Assembly: GCA_964016885.1 (NCBI GenBank)
Contig: OZ024741.1
Span: forward strand, 111,786,001-111,850,000
Source: Eledone cirrhosa
Lineage: Eukaryota
Length of the DNA stretch: 64,000 bases
Direction of reading: 5' to 3'
The notes beneath the pieces were generated by a model. The model had not been told where the DNA came from. It saw nothing but the letters and a program-made list of their open reading frames with translations, and did no database searches. The stretch's first letter is position 1. Each line of letters opens with the position of its first letter. Both the position numbers and the translations under genes were made by a program. Shown here in pieces: positions 15,490 to 29,621 of this stretch.

Positions 15490-16020
15490 ATACATACACA
15501 CACACCCATATATGCACTCACACCCACACAGACATACACACACACACACACACACACATGCGCACATATATGAAACTAAAACTGTATAAAAATATTTGGA
15601 AAGTGCATGTAAGCATGCACATGATGCTGTACATCATTTAGTGCACAACGAAATATTACGTGGGGAATACGTGAAAAGTATGTGGATTAGTTGACGTTAG
15701 CACCATAATGTCAACTCAGTCAACATGTGCATCAAAGTGTGTTTGCATATACGTATATGCAGACACATTTATATATACCGTTATGTGAGATGCTGCATGC
15801 ATTCATTGACGTATCCCCCATATGTACTTTTTTTGTACTTTTCACGTATTCTCCACGTAATATTTCGTTGTGCACTAAATGATGTGTACATCATGTGCAT
15901 GCTTATATGCACTTTCCAAATATTTTTATACAGTTTATTTTCATACATGTGCGTAAGTGTGTGTGTGTATGTCTGTCTGGGTGTGAGTGCATATATGGGT
16001 GGGTGTGTGTGTGTATATAT
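15490..16020. repeat. diverged inverted repeat
   Basis: 15490-15680 is the reverse complement of 15836-16020, for example catcatttagtgcacaacgaaatattacgtgg / ccacgtaatatttcgttgtgcactaaatgatg. Confidence 0.8.
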
Positions 16021-16075
16021 GTGTGTCTGTGTGCGTGCATGTATGCACACACACATATATATATATATGTATATG

Positions 16076-16136
<61 letters not shown>

Positions 16137-16139
<3 letters not shown>

Positions 16140-16341
16140 TACGTTATTCCGGGTTGAATCGGAGGTAACCACAGTAAGTAAGGTACTCAATACATTGCAG
16201 AGTATAACATTTTTAATATAGATGAGATTCTACAGGACTAGAACTGTTTCATTCTTTAGAAATCATCAGGAATCTCAGATTCCTGATGATTTCTAAAGAA
16301 TGAAACAGTTCTAGTCCTGTAGAATCTCATCTATATTAAAA
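16137..16341. mobile_element. minimal fold-back element: perfect 65-bp hairpin made of two hammerheads plus an extension
   Basis: Arms 16211-16275 and 16277-16341 with a 1-nt loop, an extension at 16137-16210, and (AT)n flanks. Confidence 0.85.
16277..16327 (+). ncRNA. type I hammerhead ribozyme (mirror copy at 16225-16275, minus)
   Basis: agattc-CTGATGA-tttc(taaa)gaat-GAAA-cag(ttctagtc)ctgTA-gaatct. Stem I is 6 bp, stem III is 4 bp and the triplet is GUA. Confidence 0.85.
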
Positions 16342-16372
<31 letters not shown>

Positions 16373-16407
16373 TACATGAATCAAAGTTCTGTTCGAATCA
16401 TTTATTC

Positions 16408-16452
16408 GCTTACAATTGTTTCTTCCCAACCGAGGTTTGGAGTCTTCGGAGC
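16408..16452 (-). ncRNA. variant hammerhead (CCGANGA core)
   Basis: Reverse complement reads gct-CCGAAGA-ctccaa...ttgggaa-GAAA-caattgta-agc. Confidence 0.65.
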
Positions 16453-17920
16453 AATTTTTCAATGATTGTTTACATACTTGACCTCCTTTTCAACACAAGA
16501 GACATACAGAAACATATGTATATATTGATGCACAGTGGGTTGACATCCATTATAATATTTAAGCATGGCAGTTTAAAGATTAAAGTCATATTAAAAGAAA
16601 ATTACAACAAAATTAAAGTTATAATACAACATTGGCAGTCTATGAAAGTGATGCAGGAGGATAGTTAGAAGTAGTTAGTTACACGTGGGGCATGCACGTG
16701 TGTCCTCTTTATATAAGATTATAGTGCGGTAAGGTGTTATATGGAATATAAGCACTTTAAGCGGGCAATCAAGAGTATTATGGGGGTTGTATAGTATTTT
16801 ATATGTATGATATAGAAGCTTGTGTGCAGAGAAATATTTAAAGTATTAAGAATGAGAAGCAAATCAGTGTTATAGTTTTTCGTATACACCACCATTTTCA
16901 CAATCCAGGAAACGTAATATATAGATTATATGTCTTTCACATAATCTACGATGATTCAATATTGGATGCTTGATGAATAAGGTTGGAATATTACATCTTG
17001 ATGTTCTTTAATCCAATATTATATAGCAGGTTGTTTTTGTTACGAGGCTTAACATCGTATTATTTTCCGGAAGTGTGTGTGTGATTAAGGGGAGTTAATG
17101 CGTGAGGGGAGGTAACTAGCTGATTTCTATAACTAAAATATATTATCCTAATGTACATTAAATGGTGTCACACATGAGTCTCTATCATATAGGTTATAAA
17201 CAGTTTCTAAGTATAAGTATCCTATCTATAAATTACAGTCTAGTCTATTAAGAAGTACTAAAGGTGTTCATATTGGGATGATTACCCTCTATCATAAAGT
17301 GCCACAACTGAATATTCTACATGAAGAATCAGATCCCCAAATCAATGATCTTTGTAAGTGTAGTCTACCCGCAGAATCTGGCAGGGTTTTATTATAATCA
17401 CTTCTATATATAACTCCCGGTAAGCTCAGGGTCAATGCATGTCTGATTGCATGGCAAAGTTAAATATCACTAGGGTAGACCAGAGATTAATTCTCACTTA
17501 CAATTTCACCAATCTGACCATCAAGTCATATATGTATGTACAATTCATATATCACTTGCACATAATTCATTGTACCCAGCATAAAGGTTAAATATTTCTT
17601 TTATGTTAATAAATTAATTAATTAATCTTCCATGTATCCAATGATGGCACTCCATACACAGAACAACATTAGCACAACCCATTCAGTGTTTAAAGTTTAC
17701 ATTAATTATATAGTGGTGTAATGTAGTCTAAGTAATTGAAGGCAATTATACCAAAAGCAGATGTACATGGAGATATCTCTAGGGTAAAAGGTTCTAGAAG
17801 GAATTCACTATTTGTGTTAATGTGGATCATTGAGTGTGGAGATGTGGTGTAAGGTGTGCCCTTGAGGTTTGTTGCTAGAGGTGGTGACGGTTTCAAGTCT
17901 GACATTGTTATATATTGGGT

Positions 17921-19389
17921 TTAAAGTTTGGGAAGGAGTGTTGGAAGCGGTGCTGGCAAGACGCGAATACTTCTGATTTTTTTATTAAGGAGGTTACGGT
18001 TTGAGAAGATAATAGTATGGGTCTCTAGTAGACAGAGGTTACAAAATTTATTAGGTGGTTTGTACGATGTCGCGTTACCTATCACTTCCCATTTAAGTGT
18101 ATAAGATATATTTTTAGTTTTTAGATAGTGTATGTAGCTAGATAGTGAAGTGGAGTTGGCTAGACTGTGTTTTTTGAAAGAATGGAGGTGCGAATTGTAT
18201 CCAGTTTTGAAGCAGTTTGAAGTAGAGCCTATATAGGTTTCAGAAGAGTTGCTAGTTGTGACGGTGCATGAGTATATATCCTTGATTAAGCATTTTTTAT
18301 CTAAAGGGCAGGTTCTATTTGATCTACAGTTACAATTATTCTGGGTGTTAGTCTGCCGGTTATTAGTCTGCCGGTTAGTCTGCCGGTTATTATGTTGTGT
18401 AGAAGTCCGGATGGTAGCTATAGGATTATGGTTATGGGGGTTGATGTTCCCAGCGTTATTACTTACACTAGTGCTATTTCTATTATTACTATTGTTATTA
18501 GGGTTAGTTGATATAATGTTATTATGAAGGTTTATCGACTGTTGAGATTTAGTTTGTTGGAAGTAAGAATTAATTTTTCTTTTATTGCTACGAGCTATGT
18601 GGTATGCTAAGTTAGGCGTAGTAGAGTAGGAGATTTTAACGGTGTTTTTGTTTAAAAGGCTATGGTACTTGTGGCCAGATGGGGAGTTTTTATCTAGGAG
18701 TGAGAAGAAAGCTCTAGGTAGGTTGGTAGATACGTTTAGATTGAAAGGAGGGTTGAACAATGTATTATTTCTTCTTCTATTTTTGTTTTTTATGCCTGTT
18801 GAGTTGTTTCCTTTTATGGTACTATGGTAATTTCTGTGGTGTGGGTTACTTTTGTTGGCATCTACCGTATTAGTGTGTGTGTGATTGCTATTCTTATTAC
18901 TAAATTTCCTCATGGACATATTGTGCGAAATAATATTGTAGCTATGTGTTTTTGTAGGAAGGAACACGATCTCTATATTATGGCCTGATCTAGCTAATGC
19001 CTGATTATAATATTGCGAGTTTTTGCTAACTATGTTTATGTCAATGATAGATTAGAGATTCTATTGGACACTCCCTTAGAGATAGAGTTTAATATTGATC
19101 TAGGGTGGTTAGACTTGGTATCTACGTAAATGAGTTTTTCGTTAGGTTTATGGAAACGTGTATATATCTTTGAGTCTAGGTAGAGGGTGGCGTCCAGGAA
19201 GTTAACGTTTTTAGTGTTTTTGTCCATGGTGATACTAAGGTTATAGTTTTTGAATGTCTTGTGCAATAGTTTTCTAGTTCTTTCTATATTGAATTTTTAT
19301 AGTCTATAAGTAGAAGTGCATCATCGCCGTACAAACCACCGTTGAGGTATGGAAGGTCCTTATGGATTTCGTTAAGTAAATATAGGCCG
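17921..19389 (-). pseudogene. PLE RT C-terminal half plus GIY-YIG endonuclease (frameshifted)
   Basis: GLYLLNE...GGLYGDDALL, VNFLDATL, HKPN....YVDTKSNHP, FNPPF, CNCR...CPL..KC, YIGST..CFK..YNSH and CNLCLLE. Homologous to ORF 29622-31463. Confidence 0.9.
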
Positions 19390-19585
19390 TATTTGAACAG
19401 AACTTTGATTCATGTAATTTCTATATAACTGCTCTGTAGAACAACTGATGTTATTACATTGAGCTATTTATCTTACTGGTAATAAGGTAGTAATAAATTA
19501 CTGTCTTTCACTGTTTAGGGTTTAAAATATATATAACTATAAAAGGTTTTACTGTATACATAGCCATAAATAGTATCCTTAATAC

Positions 19586-19650
<65 letters not shown>

Positions 19651-19730
19651 ATAAGAATAGGCTTGAATGATTGCATATGTAAGCGCGTGTGTGGGTGGGC
19701 ATATATGTGTGTGTATATATATATATATAT

Positions 19731-20600
19731 ATATAAACAAGGTTTAGCAAATAATGAAAAAGTTTCAAAATAAATTTTAAAAAATTGACTTTACCTACTA
19801 TGGTTACCTTTACCGATCGGTTTCGAATCCCAAAAATAAACGGAGACCATACGGCCTTCGTTGCAAAGAAAGATTCCCGTCAGAAGGTTCTTTTCATTCG
19901 AAGAATATTAAATTCTTGAATTTAAATTACGAACTAGCGCTATCCAAAACTGTTCCGGAGATGAGAGTGAATGAATTGAAACTTTTTAATTATTTGCTAA
20001 ACCTTGTTTATATATGTTCTGGCTCGTTAATTTATTAACCTGCCATTGAACCACATTGGCATTTGGTTGGACAATACACGCGTCCCTTAGCGCCTTGTGC
20101 GTGAAGGAACACATATCCTATTATTACTTATCTCCTCTATGTTGAGAAAAAATTTGGTCGTTCTGACTGCTGCTAGTGATAGTGGCGGCCGATTTGACCT
20201 ACCTCCCTCTGCCTCTATCTTTACTTCGGCCCTTGAAAAAATTGATTCCACTTCATTCACTCTCATCTCCGGAACAGTTTTGGATAGCGCTAATTCGTAA
20301 TTTAAATTCAAGAATTTTATATTCTTCGAATGAAAAGAACCTTCTGACGAGAATCTTTCTTTGCAACGAAGGCCGTATGGTCTCCGTTTATTTTTGGGAT
20401 TCGAAACCGATCGGTAAAGGTAACCATAGTAGGTAAAGTCAATTTTTTAAAATTTATTTTGAAACTTTTCATTATTTGCTAAACCTTGTTTATATATGTT
20501 CTGGCTCGTTAATTTATTAACCTGCCATTGAACCACATTGACATTTGGTTGGACAATACATGCGTCCCTTAGCGCCTTGTGCGTGAAGGAACACATATCC

Positions 20601-20605
<5 letters not shown>
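19731..20605. mobile_element. non-autonomous retrozyme-like element (about 480-nt unit, partial tandem plus inverted copy)
   Basis: Direct repeat at 19976-20125 / 20459-20605, inverted arms at 19731-19975 / 20251-20495, and (AT)n flanks. Confidence 0.85.
20339..20421 (+). ncRNA. type I hammerhead ribozyme (mirror copy at about 19805-19888)
   Basis: acctt-CTGACGA-gaatct...ggattc-GAAA-ccgatcggta-aaggt, with palindromic stem III ACCGATCGGT and a GUA triplet. Confidence 0.85.
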
Positions 20606-20695
<90 letters not shown>

Positions 20696-21199
20696 ACTGT
20701 GTATGAATAGATATATGTATATACGTGGGTCCCTTATGTGTATGTGTGGGCATGTGTCTGCGCATGAATGTACCTATATATAAGAGTTGAATATATATAT
20801 GTATGTACATGTGTGAACGCAAACACGCAAGCTCTATGTGTGTGTGTGTAGGTCCACACAGATAAGTGTACGATTAATGGCTCGGAATGCCTGTATATAG
20901 GTGTGAGCACATGTGCGTGTGGGTGTATATGTATGGGGAGGCAGGCAAGCAAGGGATTAGCATGGACATTCATAAAAACTCTCCTACTCGCTGCAGTAAT
21001 TTTGGCGACGGGATTGGGGTGAGTGACAGCTTACGCCTGAATGGAAATGGCCAGTAGCCAGATTTCGATGGTCAAGCACTTTGATGACGTGACGATCTAT
21101 CAACCAATCTAAGTTCCGCGCAAACAGGACGATGGCAGATGATAAAAATTCGAAGGGTCAGAGTCCAGCAGAAAGAAAATTTGCTTCGAAATTACTCGA

Positions 21200-21290
21200 C
21201 GTATCTGAGGAACTTGCCAATCCAGAGTCAGGTTCGATCCACAAACAGATCGCACCTCGAGCTGTTCGCAGGAGAAATAATTGTAATACG
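21200..21290 (+). ncRNA. hammerhead-like motif with a long stem II (family also at 42464-42553 and 44445-44532, minus)
   Basis: cgtat-CTGAGGA-[about 62 nt]-GAAA-taattgta-atacg. Confidence 0.6.
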
Positions 21291-21337
21291 TAATACGTAA
21301 TAAATTGTGTTCCGATGCATCACTGATTCTTTGTTTT

Positions 21338-21401
<64 letters not shown>

Positions 21402-21495
21402 CAAAATATTAATAAATGAAGACGTTCACATAATCAAATATATGTTTTATTATATATATTTCTGAGGTACTGTGCTGTGTTTTCATGTGTGCTGG

Positions 21496-21536
<41 letters not shown>

Positions 21537-21537
<1 letters not shown>

Positions 21538-21973
21538 CGGCGATGAATTAGTTTAGCGAGGTCTTTTATATGAAATCGTGTGTCGAAACAAATATTGTTA
21601 TACTTGGGGAGGGTCATATTTGTGTAATATTGCCAGAATTAATAACAGAACACACTCACTGTTTAGTTGGTTTTCGCTTCTCGCTGTCTTTTATATCTGC
21701 GATCTAACTTAATCGGTCCTCAATGTTGCCATTGACTGACCGACGGTCAAAAATAATACAGATACAATATAGACACAAACACATATATATAGTTTACATA
21801 ATTTACATAAATCTTTCGTTGCACATCTGCAACATCGTCAGTGGTGTTATATTTTTTCCTCCTGTTAAGTTAGATCGCAGATATAAAAGACAGCGAGAAG
21901 CGAAAACCAACCAAACAGTGAGTGTGTTCTGTTATTAATTCTGGCAATATTACACAAATATGACCCTCCCCAA

Positions 21974-21977
<4 letters not shown>
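21537..21977. mobile_element. fold-back element in (AT)n (relatives at 11792-12120 and 49621-50206)
   Basis: Arms 21600-21712 and 21865-21977, with an extension at 21537-21599. Confidence 0.8.
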
Positions 21978-22015
<38 letters not shown>

Positions 22016-22023
<8 letters not shown>

Positions 22024-22631
22024 AAATGGCGTGCTGCGTGGTTGCAAATGGGTTACATATGAATAAAATTAGTCCTTCATCAGTGATCTTCCAGCCTTCA
22101 TTGGTATTTCATCGCTTTAAAGATCATATACCTCTGGTTGGTGCGAGCAACGGCTAAAGAAAGTCGTTGGGACACGTAAAATAGGGTGAAACGAGCGAGA
22201 CATGTAAACAAACAAAGATGGTAATGCAACGAAAAGTGCGGAAGAAGGAGTTAAGTCCCTAAAATCGATGAACATAAGTTCTGTGAAATCGTCGACGAGA
22301 GATAAAGACCATCCAACCTGGGTGAAATGTGAGCGAGAAAAGTATTTCACACAGGTCAAACGGGAGGAAGTGATGGAGAGGGAGTAGCAGAGAGTGAGTG
22401 AGTGAAAGTGTGAGGAAGAGGCTAACTGAGAGAGTGACTGGCAGAGGGGGTCAAAAGAAAGTGAGAGATACAGAGAAAGGGGAAGCAGTAAGAAAGAAAC
22501 AGGCGGGTCAAAGCGGAGGAAAATATATAAATATATGAAAAAATGGCGTGCTGCGTGCTTGCAAATGTGTTACATATGAATAAAATTAGTCCTTCATCAG
22601 TGATCTTCCAGCCTTCATTGGTATTTCATCG

Positions 22632-22636
<5 letters not shown>
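22016..22636. mobile_element. non-autonomous element with about 105-bp direct terminal repeats (pseudo-LTR-like partial tandem)
   Basis: atatgaaaaaatggcgtgctgcgtg...tttcatcgcttta occurs at 22016-22119 and 22532-22636. Both ends abut (AT)n. Confidence 0.7.
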
Positions 22637-22666
<30 letters not shown>

Positions 22667-23506
22667 AACCAAGAAGTAAACAATAAATGTGCCTTTTCAA
22701 TGGCTAACATGACTTTTCTACGATACGTTAGTTTCAACATACGGTTTTAGGTCATGTTATTTGCAAGACAAACACAACTTCGAAATTTATATATACACTA
22801 TTGTAAGGTCGCTCTCGAAATCAGCTGGCAAAGCCAACAAGCCTATTTGCCGAGGATGGGGGTGGGGATTTCCACACTGCGGAATGAAAAAAAAACGGTC
22901 AAAGAGCAGAGGAACTCAGGAGAGTCAACTTACACCCATTAGATTGTAAAATAAAGATCAGACAACTTTGGTTGACAGTCCGTCTAGGAGAAGGCTTACT
23001 CTGATTTCAAATCCGGAGCAGATGGGACTCGTTAGTCACCTTGTTGACAATCTTTCATGTGGCCATTGGTTTTGTCTTTATGTTAGTTGCGGATGAACTG
23101 CGGCTCGATAGCCAGCTTCTGTATAATGGCCGGACAAGGATTCGGGACCCACCGACGTCACTTTTCTCCCTATGAAAATCATGGACATACAACCTCATAT
23201 AGGCGAGCATTGGTGAACTTGTCCATGGGCCCCGACTCTCAATAATGAGAAAGTGAAAAGACCAGACCATGTATATACACAGAAGACAGTCGAGACAGAG
23301 TCGTTGGAACGTTGAATATTTGCTCTTTGTCTCTGACTTCTGAATTCAAATACAAGTAAAGAAAATAGATGACCAGCGCTAGTGCAACATTCTTTCCGTC
23401 CAGCTGTCACACCTTGGATGTTCTGTAGGAACAAAGGAGGAGTGCGGTAGACTTCGTGACTGTGTCTGATCGTGACACTCGATTGTGAATTACAGCGGTA
23501 GATTTC

Positions 23507-23597
<91 letters not shown>

Positions 23598-23943
23598 GTA
23601 TTTATGTGTGTGCGTAGGTACGTATATAACAGGGGCGAAGGATCCGTGCATGCGTTATAGAATCTTGAATTGATCAATTGCGTCGGTTGAAGCAAGCAGA
23701 ATTTTGGCTGCTTACTAAAACACACACACACACACTAGATAACACTACAAGCGGCTTTGACCGGGAGGGTCATTTAGAGGGAATTCTTTTTTGAGGTGTG
23801 GGTAAGGCTGCACAGGCCCACTTTCCGCCATGGCGATTGGACTGCATGCCCTGCTTTCCAGATTACCCTTCGCCACTGGTATATACCTATGTATATATAA
23901 TCATTTAACGTTCATTCTCCTTTCTATATTCATATACATTAAA

Positions 23944-24131
23944 TGTGGATTGGCAATATCGGTAGAGAGTCGGACGCCATGCTTTGCAGCACAGTTACGT
24001 CCCTTTACGGGCTGAGTTCAAATCCCGCCGAGGTTAACTTTGCCTTTCATCCTTACGGGGTCGATAAAATAAAGTACCAATAATACACTGGGATAATTGC
24101 TGGCCTTGTGCCAAAAGTAGAAACAATTATA
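23944..24131 (+). mobile_element. tRNA-derived SINE
   Basis: Full-length copy of the major SINE family. Confidence 0.85.
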
Positions 24132-24418
24132 TATATCTTTGTTATTCTAATTTTCGATTACTAACTTTCTCCTACCGCTCTTTTCACAACATATGTGTAA
24201 ACGTGTATATGTATATTATATGTATATTTTTGAAGTAGCTTGAGAATAGCACCGAACTTGCGTATATGTATTAAGATAACCTAATGAAGAAACTCGTGCC
24301 ATACAGAATTGTACTGAACAATATAATTTACTCAGGGTAATAAATAATTTATTTGTCAAGAATGAATAACATAAATTGTTTGTTTATTCCCAATATTGTA
24401 CTGTACGACTTTCTAGGT

Positions 24419-24511
<93 letters not shown>

Positions 24512-24534
24512 TGTGTGTGTATGTGTGTGTATAT

Positions 24535-24594
<60 letters not shown>

Positions 24595-24783
24595 GTAGTG
24601 AAATTAAATAACAAAGACGATTGGTTACTCTTTCATTACGTTTATTGGTTGGAAGGAGTAACCAATCGTCCTTGTTATTTTATTTCACCTCGACACTGAA
24701 GTGAACCTAAACATCGAGTGCTCAACCGGGTGAACCTACAGTAACTCCAAGTTACACTCCCTGGATATATATGAATATATATG

Positions 24784-24833
<50 letters not shown>

Positions 24834-24929
24834 TATCACCTTGATCACTTTGACCGACCAGTTTGTCGGGCGCCATTCGGCGCCGCTGGTCACAGCACGT
24901 GCTGTTTTAGCCATACGATGACGCCATCC

Positions 24930-25237
24930 CACTGGCTGGGCAGGCAGGCCGTAAGTCTAAAGTCTGTCTTAAGCCAGAAGGCTCATTTAACCGGTGCTTA
25001 TCCCTGTTTCATGTTGCGTGAAGCGACTGAGAGTACAAGACTCCCCCCTGGACAGGACGCCAGTCCATCAGAGGGTTAAACATCCAGCTATTGCTGGTAC
25101 CCATTTTCAGGTGAGTAAACTGGAGCAACGTGAAATAAAGTGTCTTGCTCAAGGAAACAACACATCAACCGGTCCGAGAATTGAACTCACAACCTTTCGA
25201 TTGCAAGCCTACTGCTCTAACCACTAAGCCATGCGCC

Positions 25238-25240
<3 letters not shown>
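24930..25240 (-). mobile_element. second tRNA-derived SINE family with a CORE-like domain
   Basis: Reverse complement has A box tggcttagtggt, B box gagttcaattc, then gtgttgtttccttgagcaagacacttt. A fragment also lies at about 60728-60798. Confidence 0.75.
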
Positions 25241-25310
<70 letters not shown>

Positions 25311-25967
25311 GTATGTATATATGTATATATATATACAATTGGTAACATGTAGCCCAGTACAACGTACAACGTGTCGCATGGTCGGGTCGTCGGCGACTAA
25401 AGCGGCAACCCCACTAAGTTTACTTGCTGAGGAGGGGGATTTGGGACACTCTGCAGGACAAAAAATAAAACCTGACAAAGAGCGGAAGAACCCATAAGAG
25501 TCAACGGCCATCCAAAAAGCGTGTAAATATGTATATACACATGTACATATGTATGTGTATGCATATGTGTATATACATGGGTGCATGTGTATGTATATGC
25601 GCGGGTACATAGAAATAGTCGGGCTGGAAACCTGATCGTGCGGTTAAACCACTCGAAGTGAAGGACCCCTAGCCTTTGTCAGGGCATTCTTCTAGGAGAT
25701 GGCAACTCAGGAAACTGGGATTACTCCGATATAAAACTTGCAGCTCAGTAGTTACCGATGATGTTGATCTTTTCTTCTTTTCAGATTATAACTAGTGCTG
25801 CTCAGAGAGTGGGATTGGCTCAGTGCACAGTCTTTCCTCACTTTAAAACATATCTTCACGCACAGGCATTGAACGAGAGAATTAATTAATAATTATTAAT
25901 AATGGTATATCGTGCATTGGCCATACTCGATAACGCGGGGGCAGCCATCATATATGTATATATATAT

Positions 25968-27259
<1,292 letters not shown>

Positions 27260-28031
27260 TACTAGGGAGAGGATCAGGGGTGTATAACACTCCACTTATC
27301 CAGCAGGCAGTATAAGGTTAGCTCGATGTCTGAGGACAGAGCCGTGATATAATAAATAACAAAGAACGCCTATAGCATATGCATATCTTTACTTGCTAAC
27401 ATTGTTTCATCCGCACTATAAGTGGGACTCATCAGAGCATAAAGGTTAATTACATACCACACAAGCAATAACAAATCCAAGACATTGAAGAATGAAAAAT
27501 AATAGAAGATAAAGGATATTAAGGAAGTAAAAGTAAAAATAAAAATAAAAATAAAAATAAAAATAAAAATAATAAATAAACAATGAAAAATAATTGAAAA
27601 ATAAGGGGTGCTATCAGTCACAGTTGGGCGGGGTGCTGTCAACATATAGTTACATACAAGCATACACATGGATAAGAGAACAGACAAGAGTAGATAAGAT
27701 AGATAGGATTAGGTAAGAGTAGGTAAAAAATAGGTGAAAAATAGGTAAAAAATAGACTTATAATATATATAAGGAAATATAAAAAAATATAAAAAACATA
27801 CATATAAAATATACAGATAATAGTGATACAGGGTAAGGAATGAAATAAAATAATATAAAATTAAAATTAAAATTATATAAAATAGAACATAATATAATAT
27901 AATCATAAAATAGATAAAATAAGGTAAACTAAAATAAAATAAAATAGACTAAAATAAAATAATATAATATAAGATATAATTAAATATAATTAAATAAATA
28001 AATAAAATTAAATAAATAAATAAAATTAAAA

Positions 28032-28067
<36 letters not shown>

Positions 28068-29621
28068 AAATAAATAAATAAGTAAATAAATAAATAAATG
28101 AAATTAAATAAATAAATAAATAAAATTAAATAAAATGAAATGAAATAAAATAAAATAAAATAAAGTAAATTGAGATAAGATATATATATTTTTAGAATAT
28201 ATTTCTTGAATATATCAGGGGCCCACGAAGGCACTAAGTGTCACAGTTATCAGTATCACTTGACCATTTTTTTAGAATATATTTCTTGAATATATCAGGG
28301 GCCCACGAAGGCACTAAGTGTCACAGTTATCAGTATCACTTGACCATTGCAAGGCAATGGAGGCGTCCCAGGTTGGGCAGTCTCAAAAGTTCACTCGAAA
28401 GTCACGGGTGTGCATTCACACAGTTGAGCGGTGGGGTAATCACAAACCGGTTCACACCCAGGCAGGAGTCCAATGGTCAAACAGAGGTACATCGAAGGAA
28501 GGTAGGAGAATTCACGTGCAGTAGCAAGAGGCAGACAATTGGGCCGAAAGCAAGCAGGTGCAGGCGGGTTAGCCAAAGCAAGCAGACACAGTTGGAGCGC
28601 ATACAAAAGATATATAAAAAAAACAAAAGATATATAAAAAATAGCTTCAAGAGCCAATATCATGAAGTCACCGCATTGGGACATCACAAGATTATACACA
28701 CCAATATGTTCAGCACGTATATACACATATACACACCACATGCATATGCAGAGACGGTATACATATATATATATTTTTTTATATACAGACATATACAACC
28801 ACCTACACCCATACACATATAAATGTATACACAGACACACACGCACACACACACAGCGTAGGACACCCGGGTCAAAGCTGATATTAAACACAGAAATACC
28901 ACATTAGGCAAGACCCACCACCACGGATAATACATTCAAAATAAATACATACGATGAGATGTAGTAAAATAAAATTGAATTCCTACGGAGATAATCATGT
29001 CCGCACGTGCCATTGCCCGATTTAAGTGTACACAGACCGTTAGTAACTACGGAGGGCTATCGGGGCCAAAACGTTACTTTCGGGATCATAACAACGACCG
29101 TCAATATATGGAAGGCCGATCGTGCTAGAAAGACCACAACCCCGGGCAAGAGCTCCCAGAAGTCAGCCTGTAGATCTTAAACCACAGAATAGGAGGGCAA
29201 CACGTACATGCGCCACGTATCTACTGCTTACGGCGAGATGGCACAGGTCCGCCCACAGTTACAGGCTAAATTTCTATTTGTGCAGCCTATATCACAGTAC
29301 ACGCTCTACATAGATACATTACATCATAACTCATGCGCATACAGAGGTACAGATCCGCAAGATACACGTCAGGATAGACCCACCAATGCACCAATGGTGG
29401 GTAGGCGAGCGTGGATGGGTTACATCCGCTGTGCCAAACAGGGGTGCTTATTAACATACACACCCACTCACCTGTACACCCCAATATCCAGATCAATATC
29501 CTCCCGCAGGCATACGTATACACTCACCGACTCATATACATAGAAGACAAACAATAGGAGACAGTTACACACAATAAGAGACAGTTACACAAGTTAGCCC
29601 AACTGGAGAAATAAGGAAGTG

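Larger units (their letters stand above)
16367..19586 (-). mobile_element. 5'-truncated Naiad-type Penelope-like element with a short inverted terminus
   Basis: Has RT and EN remnants, a 3' region of about 1.5 kb, and a terminal inverted repeat agaaattacatgaatcaaagttctgttc (16367) / gaacagaactttgattcatgtaatttct (about 19396). Both ends lie in (AT)n. Confidence 0.9.

Noticed and set aside
25170-25240. tRNA gene
   Set aside because: It has A and B boxes but continues into a SINE body, and no clean cloverleaf is evident.
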